DNA of 64,000 nt from Planctomycetota bacterium (GTDB lineage Bacteria > Planctomycetota > B15-G4 > SIAN01), in NCBI GenBank assembly GCA_031409275.1, contig JANNXA010000010.1, forward strand, positions 160,001 through 224,000, in the 5' to 3' direction. The notes below the pieces were generated by a model. The model worked only from the letters and a program-made list of their open reading frames with translations. It had not been told where the DNA came from and made no database searches. Below, piece by piece: positions 51,934-62,452 of the stretch (position 1 is the first letter of the stretch; each line of letters begins with the position of its first letter). Both the position numbers and the translations under genes were made by a program.

Positions 51934-52845
51934 ATGCTCGGCGCGATCCTGGCGGCCTGTCTCGCACTTCAGGAAGTCGGCGTTCCTTCGACGCGCGCGC
52001 CGTCGCTGCCGCCGGAAGAGTTCGCGGGCTGCTGGCAGGACGTCGCGGCACCGGGCCACTACCTCCTGCTCGAAGCGGACCGGCTGCGCGAGTTGACGGA
52101 CGGGCGACTCCTCTTCTCTCGCGCCGACTACGACATCGACCATTGCCTGCGCACGACGTGGGGTCGCCGCGTGCGCTGCGACTTCTCCTTCGACGGCGAG
52201 CTGCTCGTCGTCACCACCGGCGCCGACAGCGACCGCTTCCGCGCCGTCGCCGCGGACGCGACACCGGCGGCGCTCGACCCGCCGACACTCGCCTTCGCGA
52301 CGCCGATCGCGCTGCCAGCCGAGCGCGTCGCCGCCCTGCAAGCGGAGTTCGCCCGGCGCCGCGAGCTCGACCAGATCGTGCGCACCGATCCCAAGCGACA
52401 GGCCGAGATGGCGACGGTCGATCCCGACAACACCGCGTGGCTCACCAGGCTGGTGCAGGAGATCGGCTGGATCGACGTCGAGCGCTTCGGGAAGGAGGCG
52501 GCGGGCGCGGCCTTCCTGATCGTGCAGCACAGCGGCGACCTTCCGCTGATGATCGCCGCGCTGCCCATGATCGAACGCGACGTGCGGCAGCACGGGCTGA
52601 GTGGCGAGAACTACGCGCTGCTCTTCGATCGCCTGCAGGTGAACCTCGGGCGTCGCCAGCGCTACGGCTCGCAGCTCGGCAGCGACGAACAGGGGCGCCT
52701 CGTCGTCATCGCGCTCGAGGATCGTGACCACGTCGATGCGCTGCGCAAGGGACTCGGCATGGGGCCGCTCAAGCAGTACGTCGATTTCTTCCGCAGCGGT
52801 GCCGACCGGAAAGTCGTCGTCTACGAGGACGACGAGGTGAAGTGA
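51934..52845 (+). CDS. Secreted protein with DUF6624-like C-terminal domain
   Basis: 'DQIVR...DPDN...GW...AFLIVQH...YALLFDRL...QRYGSQ...LRKGLGMGPL'. Confidence 0.75.
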   Translation: MLGAILAACLALQEVGVPSTRAPSLPPEEFAGCWQDVAAPGHYLLLEADRLRELTDGRLLFSRADYDIDHCLRTTWGRRVRCDFSFDGELLVVTTGADSDRFRAVAADATPAALDPPTLAFATPIALPAERVAALQAEFARRRELDQIVRTDPKRQAEMATVDPDNTAWLTRLVQEIGWIDVERFGKEAAGAAFLIVQHSGDLPLMIAALPMIERDVRQHGLSGENYALLFDRLQVNLGRRQRYGSQLGSDEQGRLVVIALEDRDHVDALRKGLGMGPLKQYVDFFRSGADRKVVVYEDDEVK

Positions 52846-53711
52846 GCTCTCCGTTGCGCGTCGTCTCCCTCAATTGCAGCAACACCGAGATCGTCGCGGC
52901 GCTCGGCCTCGGCGAGATGCTGGTCGGCGTCGATGACGACTCCGACTTTCCCGTCGAGCTGCTGGCGCGGCTGCCACGCGTCGGCCGTGACCTCGACATC
53001 GACGTGGCGAAGGTCGCCGCGCTGCGCCCCGACCTCGTCCTCGCATCGAACACGGTGCCGGGCCACGAGAAGGTCATCGCGCGCCTTGCCGCGGCGGGAC
53101 TCCCCCACTACGCGCCCGAGACGATCACGCTGGCCGACGTGGCCACGGACATCCGCGAGATCGCGCACCGCCTCGGCTACGACGCCCGCGGCGAGACGGT
53201 CGCGCGCGAGCTCGAAGGAGCGGTGGCGGCGGCACTCGAACAGGTCGAGCGCGACGAGGAGCAGCGGCCGGGCGCCGCTTCGCGCCGGCCGCGCGTGCTG
53301 GTCGAGTGGTGGCCCAAACCGGTGATCGTGCCAGGACGACGCAGCTGGGTGACCGAGCTGATCGCGGCGGCCGGCGGCGAGAACCCGTTCGGTCGCGACG
53401 CCGCGAAGAGCCGACCGGTGCGCGACGACGAGGTGGTTGCCGCCGACCCCGACGCCGTCGTCCTCTGCTGGTGCGGCGTGAAGCCGGAGAAGTATCGAAG
53501 CTCGGTGGTGACCGGACGCGCGGCGTGGCAAGGCGTCGCCGCGTTGCGTCGCGGCGTGATCCGCGCGATCCCGGAGGCGTTCCTCGGCCGTCCCGGCCCG
53601 CGGCTGCTCGACGGGTTGCGCGCGCTGCAGCGCGTCGTCGTCGACGCACGAACCGCGAGGACGCGCGAAGAGGCCGAGCGGGGCTTCCCGACGCGCCAGG
53701 AATCGCCCTGA
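52842..53711 (+). CDS. BtuF/TroA-like helical-backbone metal/cobalamin-binding protein without signal peptide
   Basis: 'RVVSLNCSNTEIVAALG...LVGV...LRPDLVL...RPGPRLLDG'. Confidence 0.85.
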   Translation: MSSPLRVVSLNCSNTEIVAALGLGEMLVGVDDDSDFPVELLARLPRVGRDLDIDVAKVAALRPDLVLASNTVPGHEKVIARLAAAGLPHYAPETITLADVATDIREIAHRLGYDARGETVARELEGAVAAALEQVERDEEQRPGAASRRPRVLVEWWPKPVIVPGRRSWVTELIAAAGGENPFGRDAAKSRPVRDDEVVAADPDAVVLCWCGVKPEKYRSSVVTGRAAWQGVAALRRGVIRAIPEAFLGRPGPRLLDGLRALQRVVVDARTARTREEAERGFPTRQESP

Positions 53712-53713
53712 CG

Positions 53714-54334
53714 ATGGCGCTCCTCGAGGTTTCGTGGCGACCGAGCAGCACGCCGCTCGATGCGGCCACGGCCGCCTTCCTCGCGGACGCGCAGGCGCGC
53801 ATCGACGCCTTCTTCGAGGAGCGTTGGCAGGAGCCGATCGTCGGTTTCGTGCCCAGCGACTTCGCCAAGGTGTGGCCCGCGCTCGCCGCGCTGATCGAGC
53901 AGGAGCTGGCGCGGGGCATGCGCTTCTGCGAATGGGGCTGCGGCTTCGGCGTCGTGGCCGGTCTCGCCCGGCGACTCGGCTTCGACGCTCACGGCATCGA
54001 GATCGAGCGCGACCTGATCGACGCCGCACGGCCGCTGCTGGCCGCGCACTCCCTCGACGTGAAGCTCGCCTGCGGCAGCTTCATCCCGCCCGGCGGCGAG
54101 CGCCTCGCGGAGATCCGCGCCGAGATGGCGTGGCTGGTCATCGGCGGTCCCGACGGTCACGCCCTGCTGCAGCGTGAGCCCGACGATTGGGATGTCGTCT
54201 TCGCCTACCCATGGCCCGGCGAGGAGCATGTCGTCGAGCGGTTGTTCGATCGCTACGCCCGCGACGGCGCGCTGCTGGTCACCTATCGCACCGAGAAGGG
54301 CACGCGCGTGCAGAAGAAGAGCGGGCGGCGGTAA
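53714..54334 (+). CDS. Class I SAM-dependent methyltransferase
   Basis: 'FVPSD', motif I 'FCEWGCGFG', 'GIEIE', 'VFAYPWP'. Confidence 0.85.
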   Translation: MALLEVSWRPSSTPLDAATAAFLADAQARIDAFFEERWQEPIVGFVPSDFAKVWPALAALIEQELARGMRFCEWGCGFGVVAGLARRLGFDAHGIEIERDLIDAARPLLAAHSLDVKLACGSFIPPGGERLAEIRAEMAWLVIGGPDGHALLQREPDDWDVVFAYPWPGEEHVVERLFDRYARDGALLVTYRTEKGTRVQKKSGRR

Positions 54335-54499
54335 CGGCGGGAGCGGCTCGAGCTGGAGGTCCTTGCGGCCGACGTCGGTCTCCGCTGAATCGAACGAGTG
54401 AATCGAACGAAGTCGGCCGGGCGTGGTAAGTGCGGTTCTGAACAAGCTGCGACGCGAAGTACATTCACACGACCGCACTCGACGCTGGAGCTCGCCGCC

Positions 54500-56005
54500 A
54501 TGCCCTTCGCATCACCGCTCGCATGGATCACCGCGCTGACGATCGGCGCGCAGGAGACACCGGTGGCGCCGGTGGCGTCGGCTGATCCGGCCGCTCCCGC
54601 CACTCCCGTCGCTCCGCGCCAGCGCAGCGTCCTCTTCTATTTGATCGACACCTGTCGCGCGGACCACCTGAGCGTGAACGGCTACGAACGGCCGACGACG
54701 CCCTACCTCGAGGAACTCGCGGCGCGCGGCACGCGCTTCTCCCACTGCTTCTCGCAGGCGCCGTGGACCAAGCCGTCGATGTCGGCGATCCTCACCTCGT
54801 GCTATCCGACGGTGACCGGGATGACCGACCTCATGGCGCAGCTCGACAACGCCTTCGTGACGTTGCCTGAGTCGTTCCGCGACGCGGGTTGGCACACCGT
54901 CGGTTTCTCGGCCAACCCGATCATGGGCCGCTTCTCGAACTACAACCAGGGCTTCCGCCAGTTCACCGATGCCACGTCGATCATCCCCAACGGCGATCCG
55001 ATCGGCTTCGCCAGCGGCTCGGCGAGACGGCTGAACGACAAGGTCCTGCCGTGGATCGAGGCGAACGACCGCTGGCCCTTCTTCCTCTACGTCCACTCGG
55101 TCGACCCGCACGAGAACTACGAGCCGGCGCAGAAGTACCTCGAGATGTTCGCCGACCCAGCCGGCGAGAAGCAGTACCGCAGCTGGTGGAACGCGCTCTC
55201 CGCGCGGAAGGGGGCGCAGGCGGCGAACCGCTGCACGCCGACCAGCTTCGAGCTGGCGGGAGTGCCCGTCGACCCCTTCATCAAGTACGGAATCGACCTC
55301 TACAACGCCGACATCCGTGCCAACGACGACGAGATCGCGTTGCTGGTCGACAAGCTCGAGTCGAACCACGCGCTCGACGACATGATCGTGGTCGTGACCT
55401 CCGATCACGGCGAGGAGTTCATGGAGCACGGCAGCACCAGCCACGCCTTCTCGGTGTGGAACGAGCTGCTCCACGTGCCGTTGCTGATCATCGCGCCCGG
55501 CCTGGTGCCGGAAGGGCTGGTCATCGAATCGCCGGTCCAGTCGATCGACCTCTATCCGACCCTGCTCGACCTGGCCGGGATCGCGGCGCCGGAGGGGCTG
55601 CAGGGACGGAGCATGCGCCCGCTGCTGGAGGGACAGGAGCTCGAAGCGCGGCCGATCTTCTCCGAGAACCACACCGCGGCCGGCGGCGAGGCGATGCCGT
55701 TTGGACGGATGCTGAGCGTGATCGAGGGGCCGTGGAAGCTGATCTTGAACCTCGAATCGTCGGCTGGATTGCCACGGCCGCGCCGCGAGCTCTATCGGAT
55801 CGACCGCGACTTCGGCGAGCGCGAGGAGCTCGCGGAGGCGAACGCCGAGATCGCCGATCGGCTCGAGACCACGGTCCTGACCTGGTGGGCGCGCAACCGC
55901 GCGCGCCGCGAGAAGGTCGACGTCAAGAGCCTCACGCTCGATCAGTTGAAGGAGGCCGACCCCGCCACGCTCGAGCAGCTGCGCAAGCTCGGCTACGTGC
56001 ACTAG
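54500..56005 (+). CDS. Secreted sulfatase-like / alkaline phosphatase superfamily enzyme
   Basis: IDTCRADH, WTKPSMSAILTS, VDPH, SDHGE, C-terminal LRKLGY. Confidence 0.88.
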   Translation: MPFASPLAWITALTIGAQETPVAPVASADPAAPATPVAPRQRSVLFYLIDTCRADHLSVNGYERPTTPYLEELAARGTRFSHCFSQAPWTKPSMSAILTSCYPTVTGMTDLMAQLDNAFVTLPESFRDAGWHTVGFSANPIMGRFSNYNQGFRQFTDATSIIPNGDPIGFASGSARRLNDKVLPWIEANDRWPFFLYVHSVDPHENYEPAQKYLEMFADPAGEKQYRSWWNALSARKGAQAANRCTPTSFELAGVPVDPFIKYGIDLYNADIRANDDEIALLVDKLESNHALDDMIVVVTSDHGEEFMEHGSTSHAFSVWNELLHVPLLIIAPGLVPEGLVIESPVQSIDLYPTLLDLAGIAAPEGLQGRSMRPLLEGQELEARPIFSENHTAAGGEAMPFGRMLSVIEGPWKLILNLESSAGLPRPRRELYRIDRDFGEREELAEANAEIADRLETTVLTWWARNRARREKVDVKSLTLDQLKEADPATLEQLRKLGYVH

Positions 56006-56183
56006 CAGCCCGTTGGAGAAGTCACCGCGAGTCTGCCGAGCGAATTTCGAGTCGGGACGAGGAGGAGGTTCGAAGCCAACTCCCCTTGAGTTGTCGAGTT
56101 GCGAAGCACGTTCTGACTCCGACGAAGTACCGGCTTGAAAGACGCCGCCAGGCGACACAGGGAGTTCTCCAACGGGCTGCTAG
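56002..56183. mobile_element. MITE-like element with perfect terminal inverted repeats and flanking CTAG
   Basis: CTAG-CAGCCCGTTGGAGAA ... TTCTCCAACGGGCTG-CTAG; no transposase; second copy at 30874-31037. Confidence 0.88.
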
Positions 56184-56433
56184 CCGCCTGGCTTCATGAG
56201 CCGCTGCTGCGGCTCGCTGGCCGCCACGGGGCGCCGTCCGGCCGTGATATCTCCCGCGCCCCGCGCACCCTTGCGCCGCCGCGAGTCGCGCCGGCCGCCG
56301 GATCCCCTGCGCCCGGCGGCTTCCAGCCCCCTGGCACGCCGCTAGCATCCTCGCCTTTTCCGGCCTCGGCGGGCGCGCGCGGCATGCGGCGCGATCGGCG
56401 ACGGGCCGGCTGATCTGCGAGCCGGAGGGTTTC

Positions 56434-57126
56434 ATGGGCTGGGTTTGCCGGCTGTACCGATCCTCGATCGGCGCCAAGGCCGTGATGGCGCTGACCGGGA
56501 TCCTGCTCCTGCTGTTCCTGATCGCGCACCTGCTCGGGAACCTGCAGGTCTTCGCCGGCGCGGACGCCGTCAACAGCTACGCCGAGAAGCTGCAGAGCCT
56601 CGGCCCGCTGTTGTGGGTGGCGCGCATCGGATTGCTGGTGATCGTCGGCGTGCACGTGGTCACGGCGCTGCGGCTGGCGAAGGCCAACGATGCCGCGCGC
56701 CCCGTCGCCTACGCGAAGAAGGCGCACCGGCAGGTGAAGCCGCAAACGCGGACCATGGTGATGACGGGGCTGGTCATCCTCGCCTACGTCGTCTACCACC
56801 TCGCCCACTTCACCTGGGGCTTCGTGCTCCACGACTACTACGGCCAGACCGACGCGCTCGGCCGCCACGACGTCTACGCCATGGTCGTGCGCAGCTTCCA
56901 ATGCTGGTGGGTCTCGGCGAGCTACCTCGTCGCGATGGTGCTGCTGGCGCTGCACCTCTGCCATGGCGTGACCAGCGCGTTCCAGACCTTCGGCTTGAAC
57001 CACTCGAAGTACGCGTCCGCGCTGAAGCTCGCCGGCCCGGCGATCGCGACGCTGATCTTCCTCGGCTACGCCTCGATCCCCGTGGCCTGCTGGCTCGGGA
57101 TCGTGCACCTCGCGGAGGGCGCGTGA
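56434..57126 (+). CDS. sdhC: Succinate dehydrogenase/fumarate reductase cytochrome b subunit
   Basis: '[13 protein letters not shown]...HLLGNL'; His in each of several TM helices; 'HLCHG...FQTFG'. Confidence 0.93.
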   Translation: MGWVCRLYRSSIGAKAVMALTGILLLLFLIAHLLGNLQVFAGADAVNSYAEKLQSLGPLLWVARIGLLVIVGVHVVTALRLAKANDAARPVAYAKKAHRQVKPQTRTMVMTGLVILAYVVYHLAHFTWGFVLHDYYGQTDALGRHDVYAMVVRSFQCWWVSASYLVAMVLLALHLCHGVTSAFQTFGLNHSKYASALKLAGPAIATLIFLGYASIPVACWLGIVHLAEGA

Positions 57127-59054
57127 TGAGCTTCGAAAGCAGCAAGCTCGACGGGCGCTGCCCGTCCGGGCCGCTCGAGACGCGTTGGGAGCGCTGCAAG
57201 TCGGAGTTGAAGCTCATCAACCCCGCCAACAAGCGCAAGTACAAGGTGCTGGTGGTCGGCACCGGGCTCGCGGGCGCTTCGGCGGCCGCCACGCTCGGCG
57301 AGCTCGGCTACCAGGTGCACGCCTTCTGCTTCCAGGATTCGCCACGGCGCGCCCACTCGATCGCCGCGCAAGGCGGCATCAACGCCGCGAAGAACTACCA
57401 GAACGACGGCGACTCGGTCTGGCGCCTCTTCTACGACACGATCAAGGGCGGCGACTTCCGCGCCCGCGAGAGCAACGTCCACCGCCTTGCCGAGGTCAGC
57501 CGCAACATCATCGACCAGTGCGTCGCGCAGGGCGTCCCGTTCGCGCGCGAGTACGGCGGGATGCTCGACAACCGCAGCTTCGGCGGCTCGCAGGTGTCGC
57601 GCACCTTCTACGCGCGCGGGCAGACCGGTCAGCAGCTCCTCATCGGCGCCTATCAGGCGCTCGCGCGGCAGATCGGCCTTGGCAGCGTGAAGATGTCGCC
57701 GCGCACCGAGATGCTCGACGTCGTCGTCATCGACGGCGTGGCGCGCGGCATCGTGGTGCGCGACCTCGTCACCGGCAAGGTCGAGTCGCACGTCGGCGAC
57801 GCGGTGGTGCTGGCGACCGGCGGCTACGGCAACGTCTTCTTCCTGTCGACCAACGCGAAGAACTGCAACGTCACCGCGACGTGGCGCGCGCACAAGAAGG
57901 GCGCCTTCTTCGCGAACCCGTGCTACACGCAGATCCACCCCACCTGCATCCCGGTGAGCGGCGACCACCAGAGCAAGCTCACGCTGATGTCGGAGTCGCT
58001 GCGCAACGACGGCCGCATCTGGGTTCCGAAGAGCAAGGGCGACCAGCGCGCGCCCGACCAGATCCCCGAGGGCGAGCGCGACTACTACCTCGAACGGCGC
58101 TACCCGAGCTACGGCAACCTCGCGCCGCGCGACATCTCGAGCCGCAGCGCCAAGTACGCGTGCGATGAGGGGCGCGGCGTCGGACCAGGCGGGCTTGGCG
58201 TCTACCTCGACTTCGCCGACGCCATCCAGCGGCTGGGCGAGGCGACGATCCGCGAGCGCTACGGCAACCTGTTCGACATGTACGAGCGGATCACCGGCGA
58301 GAACCCCTACCGCGTGCCGATGCGCATCTACCCGGCCGTCCACTACACCATGGGTGGACTCTGGGTCGACTACCACCTGATGAGCAACCTGCCCGGCCTC
58401 TTCGTGCTGGGCGAGGCGAACTTCAGCGACCACGGCGCGAACCGACTCGGCGCGAGCGCGCTGATGCAGGGGCTCGCCGACGGCTACTTCGTGATCCCCT
58501 ACACGCTCGGCCACTTCTTCGCGTCGACCAAGCTCGCCAAGGTCACCACCGACCACGCCGAGTTCAAGAAGGCGGAAGCCGAGGTCAACGGGCGCGCCAA
58601 CCGGCTGCTGTCGATCCAAGGCAAACGGACCGTCGATTCGTTCCACCGCGAGCTCGGGAAGCTCATGTGGGACGAGGTCGGGATGGCGCGCAACAAGGAA
58701 GGGCTCGAGCGCACCCTGGCTCGCATTCCCGCGCTGCGCGAGGAGTTCTGGAGCAACGTCATCGTCCCCGGCTCCGGCGCCTCGCTGAACCAGGCGCTCG
58801 AGCGCGCCGGCCGCGTCGCCGACTTCCTCGAGTTCGCCGAGCTCCTCACGCTCGATGCGCTGCAGCGCGACGAATCGTGCGGCGGCCACTTCCGCACCGA
58901 GCATCAGACCGAGGATGGCGAAGCGGTCCGCAACGACGACGACTACTGCTACGTCTCCGCCTGGGAGTGGAAGGGCGACGGCAAGCGCGCCGCCCTGCAC
59001 CAGGAAGCGCTCGACTACGAGTTCGTCCACCTCGCGACCCGGAGCTACAAGTGA
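57126..59054 (+). CDS. sdhA: Succinate dehydrogenase/fumarate reductase flavoprotein
   Basis: [49 protein letters not shown] overlap. Confidence 0.96.
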   Translation: MSFESSKLDGRCPSGPLETRWERCKSELKLINPANKRKYKVLVVGTGLAGASAAATLGELGYQVHAFCFQDSPRRAHSIAAQGGINAAKNYQNDGDSVWRLFYDTIKGGDFRARESNVHRLAEVSRNIIDQCVAQGVPFAREYGGMLDNRSFGGSQVSRTFYARGQTGQQLLIGAYQALARQIGLGSVKMSPRTEMLDVVVIDGVARGIVVRDLVTGKVESHVGDAVVLATGGYGNVFFLSTNAKNCNVTATWRAHKKGAFFANPCYTQIHPTCIPVSGDHQSKLTLMSESLRNDGRIWVPKSKGDQRAPDQIPEGERDYYLERRYPSYGNLAPRDISSRSAKYACDEGRGVGPGGLGVYLDFADAIQRLGEATIRERYGNLFDMYERITGENPYRVPMRIYPAVHYTMGGLWVDYHLMSNLPGLFVLGEANFSDHGANRLGASALMQGLADGYFVIPYTLGHFFASTKLAKVTTDHAEFKKAEAEVNGRANRLLSIQGKRTVDSFHRELGKLMWDEVGMARNKEGLERTLARIPALREEFWSNVIVPGSGASLNQALERAGRVADFLEFAELLTLDALQRDESCGGHFRTEHQTEDGEAVRNDDDYCYVSAWEWKGDGKRAALHQEALDYEFVHLATRSYK

Positions 59055-59845
59055 TGAGCGCGCACGCGAACATGAAGCTCACGCTGCACGTCTGGCGGCA
59101 GAAGGACGGCAACGATCCCGGCCGCCTGGTCGCCTACCCGAACATCGACGTCAGCCCCGACATGTCGTTCCTCGAGATGCTCGACGTGCTGAACGAGCAG
59201 CTCCAGGCGCGCGGCGAGGAGCCGATCGCCTTCGACAGCGACTGCCGCGAGGGGATCTGCGGCACCTGCTCGCTCACCGTGAACGGCATTCCGCACGGCC
59301 CGCGCAAGGGCACGACGGCCTGCCAGCTCCACATGCGCGCCTACAAGGATGGCGACGAGATCTTCATCGAACCGTGGCGCGCCAAGGCGTTCCCGGTGCT
59401 GAAGGACCTGATCGTCGATCGCAGCGCCTTTGATCGCGTGATCGCCGCCGGCGGCTTCATCAGCGCGCGCACCGGCGGCTGCCCCGACGGCAACGCGATC
59501 GCGGTCCCGAAGCACGAGGCGGATCAGGCGATGGACGCGGCGGCCTGCATCGGCTGCGGCGCTTGCGTCGCCGCCTGCCCGAATGCGGCCGCGATGCTCT
59601 TCGTCGGCGCGAAGGTGAGCCACCTGCGCCACCTGCCGCAGGGCCAGGCGGAGCAGAAGCGACGCGCGCTGGCGATGGTCGACCAGATGGACAAGGAGGG
59701 GTTCGGCAACTGCTCGAACTACCTCGAATGCGAAGCGGTCTGCCCGAAGGAGATCTCGGTCAAGGTCATCGCCGAGATGAACCGCGACTACCTCTCGGCC
59801 TCGCTGCTGCACGACGAGCGCAAGTCCGGCGGCGGCGGCGGATGA
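59054..59845 (+). CDS. sdhB: Succinate dehydrogenase/fumarate reductase iron-sulfur subunit
   Basis: [33 protein letters not shown]. Confidence 0.96.
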   Translation: MSAHANMKLTLHVWRQKDGNDPGRLVAYPNIDVSPDMSFLEMLDVLNEQLQARGEEPIAFDSDCREGICGTCSLTVNGIPHGPRKGTTACQLHMRAYKDGDEIFIEPWRAKAFPVLKDLIVDRSAFDRVIAAGGFISARTGGCPDGNAIAVPKHEADQAMDAAACIGCGACVAACPNAAAMLFVGAKVSHLRHLPQGQAEQKRRALAMVDQMDKEGFGNCSNYLECEAVCPKEISVKVIAEMNRDYLSASLLHDERKSGGGGG

Positions 59846-60921
59846 TCCTCGCCCGGGCCGCGCGGGTGCTGGCGCAGTTGGCGCTCGCTTGCGCTGCCGG
59901 CGAGGCGACCGTGCGCCTCGTCCACCTGAACGAGCTGGCGCCGCCCGAGATCCTCGACGAGCAGCGCCGCATGATCGGCGACCTCTCCGAGATCACCTGG
60001 TTCTTCGGTCGCGAAGGACAGGAGCCGCCGCCCGGTTCGCTGACGCAGATCGCGCCGGGCGGCCTGAGCTACGGCTGGTACGACCGCCCGCGCTGGAGCT
60101 ACTTCGATTCCCGCGGCTGCGTCGAGTACCGCATGAACTCGCTCGGCTTCCGGGACGCCGACTTCCCGCTTGAGAAGCCTGCCGGCGAGCTGCGCGTGAT
60201 CGCCGTCGGCGACTCATTCACCTTCGCCGCTGGCGTCAACCTCGCCGACTGCTGGGTGCAGCGGCTCGAGAAGAAGCTCACGACGGCGCGCGGCGCTCCG
60301 GTCGAGGTGGTGAACGCCGGCTTCTCCCGCGGCTTCCGACCGGAGAGCTACGCCCCCTGGCTCGCCGAGCAGGGCGTGCGCCTCGATCCCGACGCGTTGA
60401 TCGTCGGCTTCTGCCTGAACGACATCTCGACCGAGATCCCGATGTACGTGCCGCTCGCGCCGGACTTCCAGCCGTGGCTTGGCGGCGCGAGCCGATTGCT
60501 GACCGAGCTCCAGCGCACGCTCACCGGCTGGCTCGGCTCGCTCCATCCGCCGACGCCCACCGTCATCAAGGCGAAGCGGCTCGTCGCCGCCCACGCCGAC
60601 GAATGGGAGCGGACGCGGCAGGGGCTGCTCGCGATGCGCGACCTGATGCAGGCGCGCCATGGCCGGATGGTGGTCGCGATCCTGCCGATGTTCTCGCAAC
60701 TGCAGTCGGGCTACATGTTCGGCGAGCTGCACGCGCTGGTCCGCGACTTCTGCACCGCCGAGGCGATCGAGTGCGTCGACCTGCTGCCCGCCTTCCTCGG
60801 CAGCAACGAGCGCGACCTCTGGGTCCACCCCACCGACCAGCACCCCAACGACGTCGGCCAGGAGCGCATTGCCGCCACCCTCGCCGACTATTTCGCCAGC
60901 CACCCCCTGGCCCCCCGCTGA
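59842..60921 (+). CDS. SGNH/GDSL hydrolase family protein, membrane-anchored
   Basis: NSLGFR, GDSFT, VNAG, CLND, DQHPN; ATGA overlap with sdhB. Confidence 0.88.
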   Translation: MILARAARVLAQLALACAAGEATVRLVHLNELAPPEILDEQRRMIGDLSEITWFFGREGQEPPPGSLTQIAPGGLSYGWYDRPRWSYFDSRGCVEYRMNSLGFRDADFPLEKPAGELRVIAVGDSFTFAAGVNLADCWVQRLEKKLTTARGAPVEVVNAGFSRGFRPESYAPWLAEQGVRLDPDALIVGFCLNDISTEIPMYVPLAPDFQPWLGGASRLLTELQRTLTGWLGSLHPPTPTVIKAKRLVAAHADEWERTRQGLLAMRDLMQARHGRMVVAILPMFSQLQSGYMFGELHALVRDFCTAEAIECVDLLPAFLGSNERDLWVHPTDQHPNDVGQERIAATLADYFASHPLAPR

Positions 60922-60960
60922 ACACGGGGCGTAGCTAGTCTCCTGCACTCGCCGATGAGG

Positions 60961-60985
60961 CGGTGGCGCGACCTGCCACTGTTTT
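60961..60985 (+). terminator. Weak candidate intrinsic terminator after sdhCAB-SGNH
   Basis: CGGTGGC-N7-GCCACTG hairpin followed by TTTT. Confidence 0.3.
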
Positions 60986-61003
60986 CGTCGCCATGGAGAG
61001 GCC

Positions 61004-62443
61004 ATGTCCCGCGCGCTCTGCTCGCTGCTCGTTGCGGTCGCCGTCGCGATCGCGTCGCTCGGCGCCGTCGCGCGCGACGGGCAGGAGACGCCCGCGCCGC
61101 CCCCCGCCGAACTGGGCACGGCCGAGGCCTCGGCAACGCGCGTCGAAACGCCGCGCGCGAACTTCATCCTGGTGACGCTCGACACGACTCGCGCGGACCA
61201 CCTCGGCTGCTACGGCTACGCGCGCGCGACCACGCCGAACCTCGATGCCTTCGCGGCCGAGTCGCTCCTCTTCGAGAACTGCTACGCCCCCATCGCCCAC
61301 ACGACGCCAAGCCATGCCTCGCTCTTCACCGGCGTCTTCCCGTACGAGCACGGCGTGCTGGCCTGCTCGTTCCGAGCCGACGAGCGAGTGCAGGAGCAGC
61401 GCGCGTTCGTCTCCACCGCGCGCCTGAAGAGCTACCCGCAGATCCTCGCCGACCACGGCTTCGCCACCGGCGGTTTCGTCACGGCGGCGACCACCAAGAA
61501 GGTGACCGGGCTTGCCGCGGGCTTCGCGGCGTGGGGCGAGCCGAGCGGTGAAGTGCGGGCCGGTGCCGAAGCGCTTTCGGAAGCGCTCGCCTGGCTCGAG
61601 ACCGCGCCAGAGCCCTTCTGCCTCTGGCTGCATCTCTTCGATGCCCACGCTCCGCCACGCGAGAAGAACGCGAAGCACGTGCAGAAGTTCCCGGCCGATG
61701 CGGCGCTGCGCGCTCACCTCGCGGAACGGAAGATCGATGGCGGGCTCGCCAACCTCGAGCGCGAGTTCGCCCTCTACGACGCCGGCGTGCGCCTGATGGA
61801 TGACCACTTCCGCGACCTGCGCGCCGCGCTCGTCGCGAGAGGCGCGTGGGACGACAGCGTCATCGTGGTCACCGGAGACCACGGGGAAGGGCTCTACCAG
61901 CATGGCGAGCGCACGCACGGCACCGTCTGGAAGGAGCAGCTTCACGTGCCGCTGATGGTGCGCGTGCCCGGCCACGCACCGCAACGCGTTGCGACGGTCC
62001 TCTCCACCATCGACATCCTGCCGACCGCGGTGACGCTCGCCGGCGCCACGCTGCCGTCCGACGAACTCCTGCTGCAAGCGCACGGCCACGCGGCGCTCGC
62101 CGAGGACTTCGAGGAGCGCCCGGTCTTCTCGATGTCACCGCCCAAACGCGGCGAGTTCTCGCTCTCGACGGCGCGCTGGCGGCTGATCCGGCGCAAGGGC
62201 GGCGAGTCGGAGCTCTATGACCTCGAAGCCGACCCCTTCGAGCTGCACGACGTCGCCGCGGCGCAGCCCGACATCACCGACCGCCTCGCCACGCTGCTGC
62301 GCCAGTCGATCGCCGAGCAGAAGCGCCGTCACTCCTGGTACCACGACGGCAAGGCGGTGACCGACGACCTGTCGGAAGAGGAGCGCGAGCGGCTCCGGAG
62401 GGAACTCGAGGCGATCGGCTACACCGAGGGCGATGACGACTGA
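61004..62443 (+). CDS. Secreted sulfatase-like / alkaline phosphatase superfamily enzyme
   Basis: LDTTRADH, HTTPSHASLFTG, FDAH, GDHGE, C-terminal LEAIGY. Confidence 0.88.
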   Translation: MSRALCSLLVAVAVAIASLGAVARDGQETPAPPPAELGTAEASATRVETPRANFILVTLDTTRADHLGCYGYARATTPNLDAFAAESLLFENCYAPIAHTTPSHASLFTGVFPYEHGVLACSFRADERVQEQRAFVSTARLKSYPQILADHGFATGGFVTAATTKKVTGLAAGFAAWGEPSGEVRAGAEALSEALAWLETAPEPFCLWLHLFDAHAPPREKNAKHVQKFPADAALRAHLAERKIDGGLANLEREFALYDAGVRLMDDHFRDLRAALVARGAWDDSVIVVTGDHGEGLYQHGERTHGTVWKEQLHVPLMVRVPGHAPQRVATVLSTIDILPTAVTLAGATLPSDELLLQAHGHAALAEDFEERPVFSMSPPKRGEFSLSTARWRLIRRKGGESELYDLEADPFELHDVAAAQPDITDRLATLLRQSIAEQKRRHSWYHDGKAVTDDLSEEERERLRRELEAIGYTEGDDD

Positions 62444-62452
62444 ACGCGAAGC

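Noticed and set aside
54386..54410. CRISPR array
   Set aside because: Only two 12-bp units with a 1-nt gap; no spacers and no cas genes anywhere in the window
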